Below, in pieces: positions 8,795 through 16,487 of a stretch of DNA of 44,716 bases (position 1 is its first letter; every line of letters begins with the position of its first letter). This DNA is from a virus. Both the position numbers and the translations under genes were made by a program. The notes beneath the pieces were generated by a model that made no database searches, was not told the origin of the DNA, and saw only the letters and a list, made by a program, of their open reading frames with translations. The stretch spans positions 1-44,716 of the IMG/VR virus record IMGVR_UViG_3300047329_000027; one strand, 5' to 3'.

Positions 8795-10140
8795 CCGTCG
8801 TCATCGTCATCGGATTTCTTGAGGGAGACGTGATAGAAATAACGGCCAGTCTTGTCTCTCTTATATTTGAAACCCATCCGCTCCATTGTCGCCTTGAAGC
8901 TTTTTGAGTTACCTATTTCAGCTCCATTAAGTTTTGCGAACCTAGACCAGCTCTCAAATAGAGGACCTGTTTTTTCGTATCGATAAAAATTACTAAAATC
9001 TACGTCGCAACTTTCCTCAAGCCATTGTTGCGTCGTGTTTTGATCTTCAAAGTACTCATCGGTTGCGGAGACAACAGAGTCCGGTCGGACTAATCCGTTG
9101 GCCTGCCAGTCAAGGCATCCGTTGATCATCCATCGCAAAATGCCCGGCGCCTCGCCCGCGAGCTTAGCGGCCAGGTTTCGGTCTTTTCGCTTCGGAATTA
9201 TCGTAAAAGGGATGATGTTGAATCGCCTCCGCATGGCCTCATCAACGGTGCGGAGGGTCGGTTTGAAATTGCCGACGATGACCAACGTGAACTGTGGCAG
9301 GAACTCGAAAAAGTCCTGCCTCATAAACCGGGCGGCAATCACGTCGCCGCCGGTAAGCTGTTTGATGCGCGCCTCGGCCCATGCGGCGCCTTCTTCGGTT
9401 TCGCTGGCCGTGACCAATCGGGCGCCGCGAAGCATGGCCAGTTCCGTCGAGTGCTGGGCATGTTTGCGAGCGGCGAAGGTTTCCATCGCGCTCACCTTGG
9501 CGTAGTCGCCCATCAGGTATTGCAGCGTATTAATGAACGTTCCTTTGCCCGCGCCGCCTGGCCCGTGGATGAAAAACAGCGCCTGCTCGGATATGTCGCC
9601 GGTCAGGCTGTAGCCCGCGATTTGCTGCAAAAACCTGATCATCTCCTCATCGCCACCGGTCGCCTCATTCAGGAAGCGAAACCACGTCGGGCAGTCCTCA
9701 AATTCCTCGGGCGCGACGGCGGTAGATTTCGTGATGAAATCGGACTGCATGGAAGCCCGAAGGCGTCCGGTGCGAAGATCAACGGTTCCAGCTGGCGTGC
9801 CGAGCAAGAAAATATCCCGATCCCAATGATCGGCCGTGCGACGGAAAATAGGATCGGCTTGTGCGAATTTCTCAACGCCAGCGGCAAATCTCGTTTTCAG
9901 CGCCGCAGCGGTCGGCTTCAAATTTGAGAGATTGCGCGAGAGTTCGCGAGCATATTGAAACGCCACGGGCACGCGGCAGAAGCGCCAAGTATTGCCGTCA
10001 TACTCAGCCCATTTTCCGTGGTCGTGGCAGAACGCCAGCTTGCCCCGCCACCGATGCGCGAACAGCCTGGCGACGCTATCTTCCGATATGCCGAGTTTGA
10101 TAATCTCGGCGTCTGTGAGTTCTGGCGGCTCTCCCATCAC
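8788..10140 (-). CDS. DNA primase/helicase, P4-alpha / D5 family NTPase
   Basis: 450 aa. It has the D5_N-like segment WFRFLNEATGGDEEMIRFLQQIAGYSLTG followed by the Walker A motif FIHGPGGAGKGTF, as in the P4-family primase C-terminal domain. Confidence 0.8.
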   Translation of the reverse strand: MMGEPPELTDAEIIKLGISEDSVARLFAHRWRGKLAFCHDHGKWAEYDGNTWRFCRVPVAFQYARELSRNLSNLKPTAAALKTRFAAGVEKFAQADPIFRRTADHWDRDIFLLGTPAGTVDLRTGRLRASMQSDFITKSTAVAPEEFEDCPTWFRFLNEATGGDEEMIRFLQQIAGYSLTGDISEQALFFIHGPGGAGKGTFINTLQYLMGDYAKVSAMETFAARKHAQHSTELAMLRGARLVTASETEEGAAWAEARIKQLTGGDVIAARFMRQDFFEFLPQFTLVIVGNFKPTLRTVDEAMRRRFNIIPFTIIPKRKDRNLAAKLAGEAPGILRWMINGCLDWQANGLVRPDSVVSATDEYFEDQNTTQQWLEESCDVDFSNFYRYEKTGPLFESWSRFAKLNGAEIGNSKSFKATMERMGFKYKRDKTGRYFYHVSLKKSDDDDDGR

Positions 10141-10415
10141 TCACGCTCACAAAGCGCATCAAGCGACGCCTCAATCAGCCGCTCGAGCTGCGCCCGCGTC
10201 CGATGCTGCAACAGCTCGTCCATGTGGGCAATCAGGAGCCATTCGTGCGCCCTGCCAAGCCGGATGAAGTCGCGAGCGATGGCCGAGGCCGTGGACCGTG
10301 CTGCCGTGGCGCACAGAGCCGCCAGCCATGCTTTTTGCACGTCGGTCAACGGGTCGTCATAGGACGCGCGTGGCGGGTCGCTGGCGGGCAACGCTGGGGG
10401 ATGGTGCGACGACAT
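10137..10415 (-). CDS. Hypothetical protein
   Basis: 92-aa ORF with a 4-nt overlap onto the primase-helicase start. It belongs to the leftward early operon. Confidence 0.5.
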   Translation of the reverse strand: MSSHHPPALPASDPPRASYDDPLTDVQKAWLAALCATAARSTASAIARDFIRLGRAHEWLLIAHMDELLQHRTRAQLERLIEASLDALCERE

Positions 10416-10417
10416 GT

Positions 10418-10630
10418 CTAGGCCGCGGTACGCGATTTTGCCGCGCGCTCCATATCCAAAAGCGACTGAAGCCCCAGCTCGGGATAGGCCAGCATCAGGT
10501 CAGGCCAATGCGCGCGAGGAATCAGGTTCACCGACGAATAACTACGGATTGTGCCGGATGGTTTATCAAGCACAATCTCTAGCGTCCGAAACCCCTTGGC
10601 CTTGATAAATGAAGAAAAATCTTCGTACAT
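10418..10630 (-). CDS. Hypothetical protein (first gene of the leftward early operon)
   Basis: I used the internal ATG at 10630 (MYEDFSSFIKAKGF...). The longer ORF to 10900 would run antisense through ssb. Confidence 0.45.
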   Translation of the reverse strand: MYEDFSSFIKAKGFRTLEIVLDKPSGTIRSYSSVNLIPRAHWPDLMLAYPELGLQSLLDMERAAKSRTAA

Positions 10631-10703
10631 GGCGCCATCGCATTGTTGACCGAACCAGCAATAACGTGCCACGCTACCCGTCGATAAAGCAAGCCGTATT
10701 AGG

Positions 10704-11156
10704 ATGAAACGAGTGGCCTTCAACCAATGCACATTCATCGGCCACGCTGGCAAAGACCCCGAGGTCAAAACCCTGTCCAGCGGCGCCAAGGTCTGCAACT
10801 TCTCAATCGCAGTCACCGAGAAATGGAAAAAGAATGGCGAGAAGGTTGAGCGCACGGAATGGGTCAACATCGTCGTATGGTCCGAGGGCCTGATTGGCAT
10901 CGTTGAACGCTACGTCAAAAAGGGTTCCAAGCTGCTTGTGCAGGGCAAGATGCAGACGCGAAAATACGAGAAAGATGGCGTCGGCCGATACGCGACCGAG
11001 ATCGTTTTGCAGGGGTTTGACGCCAAGATTGAGCTGCTCGATCCGAAGGGCGAGGGGTCGGAGGATCACGGGTCGTCGGGATATGGCGCGGCGAGTGGCG
11101 GAGGCGGACGGACGCAAGCCTACACCGCCGACCTTGACGATGAGATCCCGTTTTGA
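10704..11156 (+). CDS. ssb: Single-stranded DNA-binding protein
   Basis: OB-fold N-terminus (FIGHAGKDPEVKTLSSGAKVCNFSIAV...TEWVNIVVW), a Gly-rich linker and the canonical acidic tail DLDDEIPF. Confidence 0.9.
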   Translation: MKRVAFNQCTFIGHAGKDPEVKTLSSGAKVCNFSIAVTEKWKKNGEKVERTEWVNIVVWSEGLIGIVERYVKKGSKLLVQGKMQTRKYEKDGVGRYATEIVLQGFDAKIELLDPKGEGSEDHGSSGYGAASGGGGRTQAYTADLDDEIPF

Positions 11157-12147
11157 CCAGCGCGCGCAAACGGGCAGAGCGGGCGAGGATGCGGGCGTGA
11201 GGGAGCCGCTCGCCATAGATTTGTTCTGCGGTCTCGGCGGGTGGACGGCTGGCCTGCTGGCCGAGGGCTATTTCACCGTAGGCTTCGACATCGAGGCCCA
11301 CGCCTACGACGGCGAACGCTACCCCGGCCATCTGGTAATTCAGGACGTGCTGACGATCCACGGCTCGCAATTCAAGGACGCGGCGCTGATCGTCGCGAGC
11401 CCGCCGTGTCAGGAATATTCGTACATGGCGATGCCGTGGAGCCGCGCGAAGGCGAAGGCTGCGGCAATCCGGGCTGACGAAACCGGCGCCGAACTTGAAC
11501 GGCTCAACCGACTGTTCAACGCCTGCTTTCGCATCCAGCGCGAGGCGTGCGAAGCCGCGGGGCGACACATTCCGATGGTGGTCGAAAATGTTCGCGGCGC
11601 TCAGCCTTGGGTCGGGCGCGCGCGGTGGAACTTCGGGAGCTATTATTTGTGGGGCGACGTGCCGTTATTCATACCGGAGCCGAAGCGGCGAGCGGTAAAG
11701 CGACCGGGAATGAATTGGAGCGGATCGGACAAGCCCGTCTATGTCACCATTGCTTTTAACGATACGCGCGCCGTTCACCCGGACGATGGCAGCAAGATCC
11801 CCGGCTTCCGCTTCGACGGCTCGGGGAGGTCGTTTCAGAGCGCGGCGGTGGCGGAGGCAGCAGCGGCACGGGCTGCTGTTGATATTGGCGAGGAATATTC
11901 TCCCGGCGCTCGCTATCTCAGCATGGTCGCGGAGCGATCCGAGCGCCATCAAGCCGAAGGCATCAAGCAGGGCGGAACGCGGTTTCACGACGCAACGTCG
12001 GCGTCTCGCACATCCTCCTCCAAATCCCCCGCCCGCAAAGCCGCCAGCGCCCGCATCGCCAAAATCCCCGAAGTCCTCAGCCACTACGTAGCGGCCTATT
12101 ACCACCCCGAGCAGGAACGCCGCATGCAAGTGAGGGGAGGCGCTTGA
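11140..12147 (+). CDS. DNA (cytosine-5) methyltransferase, short phage type (MTase 1 of 4)
   Basis: Motif I DLFCGLGGW, motif IV ASPPCQEYS, motif VI MVVENVRG. I chose the in-frame ATG at 11140, which overlaps the ssb stop. GTG at 11197 is an alternative start. Confidence 0.75.
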   Translation: MRSRFDQRAQTGRAGEDAGVREPLAIDLFCGLGGWTAGLLAEGYFTVGFDIEAHAYDGERYPGHLVIQDVLTIHGSQFKDAALIVASPPCQEYSYMAMPWSRAKAKAAAIRADETGAELERLNRLFNACFRIQREACEAAGRHIPMVVENVRGAQPWVGRARWNFGSYYLWGDVPLFIPEPKRRAVKRPGMNWSGSDKPVYVTIAFNDTRAVHPDDGSKIPGFRFDGSGRSFQSAAVAEAAAARAAVDIGEEYSPGARYLSMVAERSERHQAEGIKQGGTRFHDATSASRTSSSKSPARKAASARIAKIPEVLSHYVAAYYHPEQERRMQVRGGA

Positions 12148-12335
12148 ATATGGTTGATCTTGCCCGCGGCCTGATCCGCTACACAGCCATCCCGATCGCC
12201 GCGTCGTCTGTGGCCGGAACTGCAGTTGGGCTTGCGACTTCCGCGAGGTTCGGCTTTCTTGCGTCCTTCATGACCTTGGCGATTTCCATCCTGCTATTGA
12301 ATGCGCTGACAAATGCCAAGCCGGGAAGAGATTGA
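12144..12335 (+). CDS. Small membrane protein
   Basis: 63 aa with two hydrophobic segments. Its start overlaps the methylase stop (ATGA-type). Confidence 0.5.
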   Translation: MNMVDLARGLIRYTAIPIAASSVAGTAVGLATSARFGFLASFMTLAISILLLNALTNAKPGRD

Positions 12336-12356
12336 CGCGCGTTGGGTCGTCACCGC

Positions 12357-12482
12357 ATGAACCTCCGCCACGTCCACCCCGCCACCGCCAGCGCCGTATT
12401 CCGCGCCTGGGCGGCTGTTGCGAAGCCTACGCGGGTTGTTAGGGTGATGGATGTAAGGCCCCCACCGGAGCGCAAGAAATGA
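12357..12482 (+). CDS. Small ORF (41 aa), hypothetical
   Basis: My translation is MNLRHVHPATASAVFRAWAAVAKPTRVVRVMDVRPPPERKK. Its stop overlaps the next ATG (ATGA at 12479-12482). It is below the ORF-track cutoff. Confidence 0.3.
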   Translation: MNLRHVHPATASAVFRAWAAVAKPTRVVRVMDVRPPPERKK

Positions 12483-12676
12483 ACCGCACCCCCGCCCAAT
12501 GGTCCGCCGTGAGCCCTCACGCCGTAGTATCCGGCTCAGCCGCTCAAACCGAAAACATCCTGAAAATGGCCCTCGCCGACATCGCCGAACTCTCGGCCGA
12601 ACTTGAAGCCATGCGCAAGGTCGCCGGCATTCGCCTGGTGAAGGCGATAGAGAGCCGACCCTTCACCGCCTCGTAG
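12479..12676 (+). CDS. Hypothetical protein
   Basis: 65-aa ORF, the last gene of the short rightward unit. It converges on the gcrA-like gene with a 2-nt gap. Confidence 0.45.
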   Translation: MNRTPAQWSAVSPHAVVSGSAAQTENILKMALADIAELSAELEAMRKVAGIRLVKAIESRPFTAS

Positions 12677-12678
12677 AC

Positions 12679-13293
12679 CTAGAGCCATGCCGCCCGCAAA
12701 TACCCCCGCGCCGCATCCTTCCTTTGAGCATCCGTCTTCGGCGCCGTGTACATCACCCGCCGACACGCGGGGCAATACGTCTGCCCCTCATCCGTCACCC
12801 CGCCGCAGAACAACGTGTCCGCCCCGTGGCCGCTGACGGGATAGGCGCACCGTTGACCACGCTCTACCAACGTGAGGGGCGGCCAGTCGCGGGGTTGCGT
12901 GTAACTCGGCATCACCGGATGCTCCACCAGAGCCGCCGACAACAGCTTTGGCGCTGACACTTTCGTCCTTATGGGAGCCGAGACCTTGTAGCGCTTGAAC
13001 AGGGCGTCAACCGCGTCGCGCGTGGTTCCGAACTTCTCGGCTATCGCGCCCGCAGCCATCCCCGCCGCGCGCATGGCCGATGCGGCTTGCAATTGTTCTG
13101 GCGACCATCGGCGCGTGTGCAGCGCTACACCCTCAGTTCGCGGCGCCGATATGCGGTGAATCCGACCGATCACCGAATTGCGCGAGCGTTTCATTTTCCG
13201 GCCGATCTGGCTCGCGCTGTAACCCTTGGCGGCGAGGGATTTCAGCTCGGCGTCTTCGTCTTCGGACCATCGGGTTCCGGTGGCGTGTTTCAT
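12679..13293 (-). CDS. gcrA: GcrA-like cell-cycle transcription regulator
   Basis: From the internal ATG at 13293: RWSEDEDAELKSLAAKGYSASQIGRKMKRSRNSVIGRIHRI matches the GcrA N-terminal DNA-binding signature. The C-terminus CAYPVSG...LFCGG...GQTYCPAC matches the GcrA C-terminal Cys pattern. Confidence 0.8.
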   Translation of the reverse strand: MKHATGTRWSEDEDAELKSLAAKGYSASQIGRKMKRSRNSVIGRIHRISAPRTEGVALHTRRWSPEQLQAASAMRAAGMAAGAIAEKFGTTRDAVDALFKRYKVSAPIRTKVSAPKLLSAALVEHPVMPSYTQPRDWPPLTLVERGQRCAYPVSGHGADTLFCGGVTDEGQTYCPACRRVMYTAPKTDAQRKDAARGYLRAAWL

Positions 13294-13294
13294 G

Positions 13295-13477
13295 CTATTT
13301 TCCCTTCTGCAATTCTTCAAGCTCGGCTTTCCACTTCGCCGAAAACTCCGCGCTGATTGCCAACGCCCGCTTGCCCTCGTCCGTGGCCGCCCATTTGGCG
13401 AACTTGCGCGCCGAACGCTGCATCTTGGTCTGATCGTCCTGCTTTTTCTTGAGGGCGTCGGGGCGGGTGTCACGCAT
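13295..13477 (-). CDS. Hypothetical basic protein
   Basis: 60-aa ORF packed tightly between the VRR-NUC and gcrA-like genes. Confidence 0.45.
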   Translation of the reverse strand: MRDTRPDALKKKQDDQTKMQRSARKFAKWAATDEGKRALAISAEFSAKWKAELEELQKGK

Positions 13478-13910
13478 GGTTGATCTCCTCCCGCCAAGCC
13501 CTCTGCGCCGGCGTTTCAGCGGCGAACGGGTTCGGCTTCAGCCTGACGCCCCAGCCAATCAGAGCCGCCTCTACCTCGTCAACCGACCTACACACGGCGT
13601 AAATCCCGAACGGCGCGCATTGGGCCTGAAACGCCTTCTGTTCGGCCGACATGGCGCCCCTCGCTTGGCCCTTCACGTCGGGACGTTTTAGCTCCACAAA
13701 TCTCGTGATGCCGTCCGCACACAAGAACGACCAGTCGGGCCAGCCGGCGCGCAAACCCCCCGCCGCCTTGGCTTTCATGCGGGTCATCGGGGTGAGCTTC
13801 ACGCCTGAGAGCGACGCGATGTAGAATGACCCATCGGGCATGCGCTCTTTCAAAAAGCGGTGAACCTTGACCTGCAAGGCTTGCTCGGGGGCGGCGTTCT
13901 TGCGGGTCAT
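13470..13910 (-). CDS. VRR-NUC domain nuclease
   Basis: 146 aa. The pattern QVKVHRFL...GWPDWSF...FVELKRP...LSAEQKAF fits the PD-(D/E)XK VRR-NUC layout (D-x-n-E-x-K). Confidence 0.7.
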   Translation of the reverse strand: MTRKNAAPEQALQVKVHRFLKERMPDGSFYIASLSGVKLTPMTRMKAKAAGGLRAGWPDWSFLCADGITRFVELKRPDVKGQARGAMSAEQKAFQAQCAPFGIYAVCRSVDEVEAALIGWGVRLKPNPFAAETPAQRAWREEINHA

Positions 13911-14050
13911 CGCGCCGCCATAATACGAGCAATCTCAGCCGCCACGGCAGGCGTCGGCGGCCGCAAGCCGGTGGCGAGTTCGCGCGCTTTCTGTTCGGTG
14001 TATCCGCGCCGCATGAGGGCGTTGGCTAGGGCGCGCTGATCAGGGGTCAT
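13907..14050 (-). CDS. Small ORF (47 aa), hypothetical
   Basis: My translation is MTPDQRALANALMRRGYTEQKARELATGLRPPTPAVAAEIARIMAAR. It overlaps both neighbours (TGATG upstream, ATGA downstream). Confidence 0.45.
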   Translation of the reverse strand: MTPDQRALANALMRRGYTEQKARELATGLRPPTPAVAAEIARIMAAR

Positions 14051-15114
14051 CACGCCGCCTCATCCTCATCCGCCACGGTTTCCGGCTCGGCGAACTCAAG
14101 CGCCTGTTCGGGGCGGTCCTGGCCGGCGCGGGCGATGTTTTTTACGGCCTGACGGTAGTATGAGGGTTTGAGTTCGATGCCGAGCCCGTACCGACCGCGC
14201 TCAACGGCGGCGTAAACCTCCGAACCGATGCCGAGGAATGGGGTGATCACAGTCTCGCCGGGCAGGCTCCACAAGTCGATACACCGCTCAATCACGTCAA
14301 GCTGGAGCGGCGAGATATGAACCTCGTCGGCCACGTCCCGACCGCCGCGATATTGCAGTGTGCGGCCTTGGCGGATGTCGGACCAGACGGGCGAGGCGTA
14401 ACGCTGCCAGATGAGGATAGATTTCCATTTCTCGTAGGTCCACGCGAATTTCTCGCTTTCGGGCGGACGCTCGCGCAACTGAGCCTCGTAAGCCGCCTCT
14501 GAGATATCAAGGCTCTCGTCGCCGCTCCAATGGTCCAGATGGCCCGCAATCGCCTCGTCATTGTCGCCGGGCTTCCTGAACGTCACCACGTAGTCGGCCA
14601 GCCCTTGGCCTGACAGCGAACTGTCCTTGACGATTTGCTTGTGGAGCAACCGCAGCGATTTCGTCCGCTGCTGAGCCACCACGGGATCTTTCCAGATGCA
14701 GACCTCGGAGTGTAGCAGCCAACCGGCCGCCTCGTAGTTGCGGATGACCTCGCCTCGGAAGTCTCGCATTCCTATGAAACCATCGCGGCCCTTGTTGCGG
14801 GGAAGCTGCATGACGTGGACTGAGTGAAGTCGGCCCGGACGTGTCACGCGCAGCAATTCGGCGATGATGAACTGATAGTGCGCGTCGAATTCGCCTCCCT
14901 CAGAATTGGAGACGTCGCGATCATAATTGCTGAATTTGTAGAGCCCGGAAAACGGCGGCGAGTGAATGCCGAAATGGATGCTGTCGCCGGGAATACCACG
15001 CAGTATTTCGCAACTGTCGCCCTCATAGATCGCGTACTTGTCAGTGATCTTCTGATCAACCGTCAGAACGCCATCGGGGCGCACGCCGGTTTTTTTCTTC
15101 ACGCTGCGAGCCAT
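14050..15114 (-). CDS. DNA methyltransferase, N4-cytosine/N6-adenine beta class (MTase 2 of 4)
   Basis: From the internal ATG at 15114. Motif IV is HSPPF, and the C-terminal motif I is TPFLGIGSEVYAAVERGRYGLGIE. This order is typical of N6_N4_Mtase (beta-class) enzymes. Confidence 0.8.
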   Translation of the reverse strand: MARSVKKKTGVRPDGVLTVDQKITDKYAIYEGDSCEILRGIPGDSIHFGIHSPPFSGLYKFSNYDRDVSNSEGGEFDAHYQFIIAELLRVTRPGRLHSVHVMQLPRNKGRDGFIGMRDFRGEVIRNYEAAGWLLHSEVCIWKDPVVAQQRTKSLRLLHKQIVKDSSLSGQGLADYVVTFRKPGDNDEAIAGHLDHWSGDESLDISEAAYEAQLRERPPESEKFAWTYEKWKSILIWQRYASPVWSDIRQGRTLQYRGGRDVADEVHISPLQLDVIERCIDLWSLPGETVITPFLGIGSEVYAAVERGRYGLGIELKPSYYRQAVKNIARAGQDRPEQALEFAEPETVADEDEAA

Positions 15115-16487
15115 GCGGGCAATTCCATCTGTTTCTGAGGGTTGTAATTCGGCGTATCGCGAACCTGGCCGCGCACCGCCAGCGATGAGATGTCGGAGGT
15201 ATGGCGCACCATCGCGGCCATCATCCGGTCGGCATCCGCTTCCTTGCGCCGAAGGTTCTGGATGACATTGCCTTCGGTTTCGGCGGCAATCATGTGAACG
15301 TCTACGGGGTGCCCTTGGCCGAACCTCCAGAAGCGGCGGACGGCCTGATAGTATTGCTCCCAACTGTCATTCAACCCCACAAAGCACGTCCAGTGACAGA
15401 CCTGGGCATTGACCCCGAACCCCATCATTGAACTTTTGGTGACCATCCGCGTGATTGACCCGTCGCAGAACCCGAGGATTTTCCGCTCCTTTTCGTCCTC
15501 GCTATCGGACCCGCGCAACTCCACGGCTCCGGGGATGGCCTTCGCCAGCGCCTCGCTCTCGGCGTTCAGACTGCACCACCAGAGCGCCGACTGACCGGCC
15601 GGCGGGGCAATCTCCGCAGCCTTGGCCACGCGCTCCTTAATCGTGTCCCGGCGCGCCGCCTGGCGCTCGGCCAGCGTCTCGGCTGGCATGGCGAACAGGA
15701 ACCCCGCCTCGTTCGCCGCAGCGATATCGACGCCGACCGTATGCTGATGCAGCCGCAGCGGTGGAAGGTCATAGCCGGTATCGTCATAGCCAAGGTCAGA
15801 CGGCTTCCGCAGCATCACCGACCAAGACGCCATCCAGCGCCAGAAGTCGTTTTCCGCATGGCCCTTCAGCCGCCATTTCTGAGTTTCGCCGCCATCGTGC
15901 GTAAAGAATGTGGCGAGCATGTCGGTGTAGGACATGACGCCGAGAAATTCGGCGTGGTTGCCTAGCTCCATGTAATCGTTCGGCGCTGGCGTTGCCGTTG
16001 CGGCAAGGCGGAAGGGGATTTGGGCGCACGCCTTGATCAAAGCCGTCCGATAGTGGCCGCTCTCGTTTTTCAATATTCCCGATTCATCGAGGATCACCCC
16101 TCCGAACTGCGACAAGTCGAAATGCTCAAGCTTCTGGTAGTTGGTGATATTCGTCCCAGCCATCACGTCGGCTTGCGTCCGAACCTGACGCGCGGCCATG
16201 CCGAACTTGTCGGCCTCCCGCACCATCTGAGCGGTGACGGCAAGCGGCGCGAGGTGCAGGATATCGCGCCCCGTCTCGCGATGGACGGCATCGGCCCACG
16301 CCAGCTCCATATAGCTCTTGCCGAGCCCAGTTCCGGCGAACAGCGCCGCCCGGCCACGACGCAGCGCCCACGCGACGATATCGCGCTGAAACGGGAACAT
16401 GCGCTCGGGCAGCGGCGGAATGTCCGTCAGGCCCGTTGACGGAGCGGTGATGGCCTTGCGGGCGAGAAATTCGGCGTAGGCGTCCAT
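15099..16487 (-). CDS. Superfamily-2 DEAD/SNF2-like helicase
   Basis: 462 aa. Motif I FAGTGLGKS, motif II ILDESG, and a helicase-C region near RRFWRFGQ. Its 3' end overlaps the methylase start by 16 nt. Confidence 0.75.
   Translation of the reverse strand: MDAYAEFLARKAITAPSTGLTDIPPLPERMFPFQRDIVAWALRRGRAALFAGTGLGKSYMELAWADAVHRETGRDILHLAPLAVTAQMVREADKFGMAARQVRTQADVMAGTNITNYQKLEHFDLSQFGGVILDESGILKNESGHYRTALIKACAQIPFRLAATATPAPNDYMELGNHAEFLGVMSYTDMLATFFTHDGGETQKWRLKGHAENDFWRWMASWSVMLRKPSDLGYDDTGYDLPPLRLHQHTVGVDIAAANEAGFLFAMPAETLAERQAARRDTIKERVAKAAEIAPPAGQSALWWCSLNAESEALAKAIPGAVELRGSDSEDEKERKILGFCDGSITRMVTKSSMMGFGVNAQVCHWTCFVGLNDSWEQYYQAVRRFWRFGQGHPVDVHMIAAETEGNVIQNLRRKEADADRMMAAMVRHTSDISSLAVRGQVRDTPNYNPQKQMELPAWLAA

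Noticed and set aside
8433-8810. A 125-aa minus-strand ORF filling the gap between the primase gene and terS.
   Set aside because: Its translation is Pro/Arg/Ala-rich, it starts inside the primase 3' end, and it crosses the iteron/palindrome region. I interpret the gap as non-coding plus a decayed zinc-ribbon remnant.
10418-10900. The full 160-aa minus-strand ORF overlapping ssb.
   Set aside because: Its upstream 90 codons are antisense to the clearly genuine ssb gene. I kept only the part downstream of the internal ATG at 10630.
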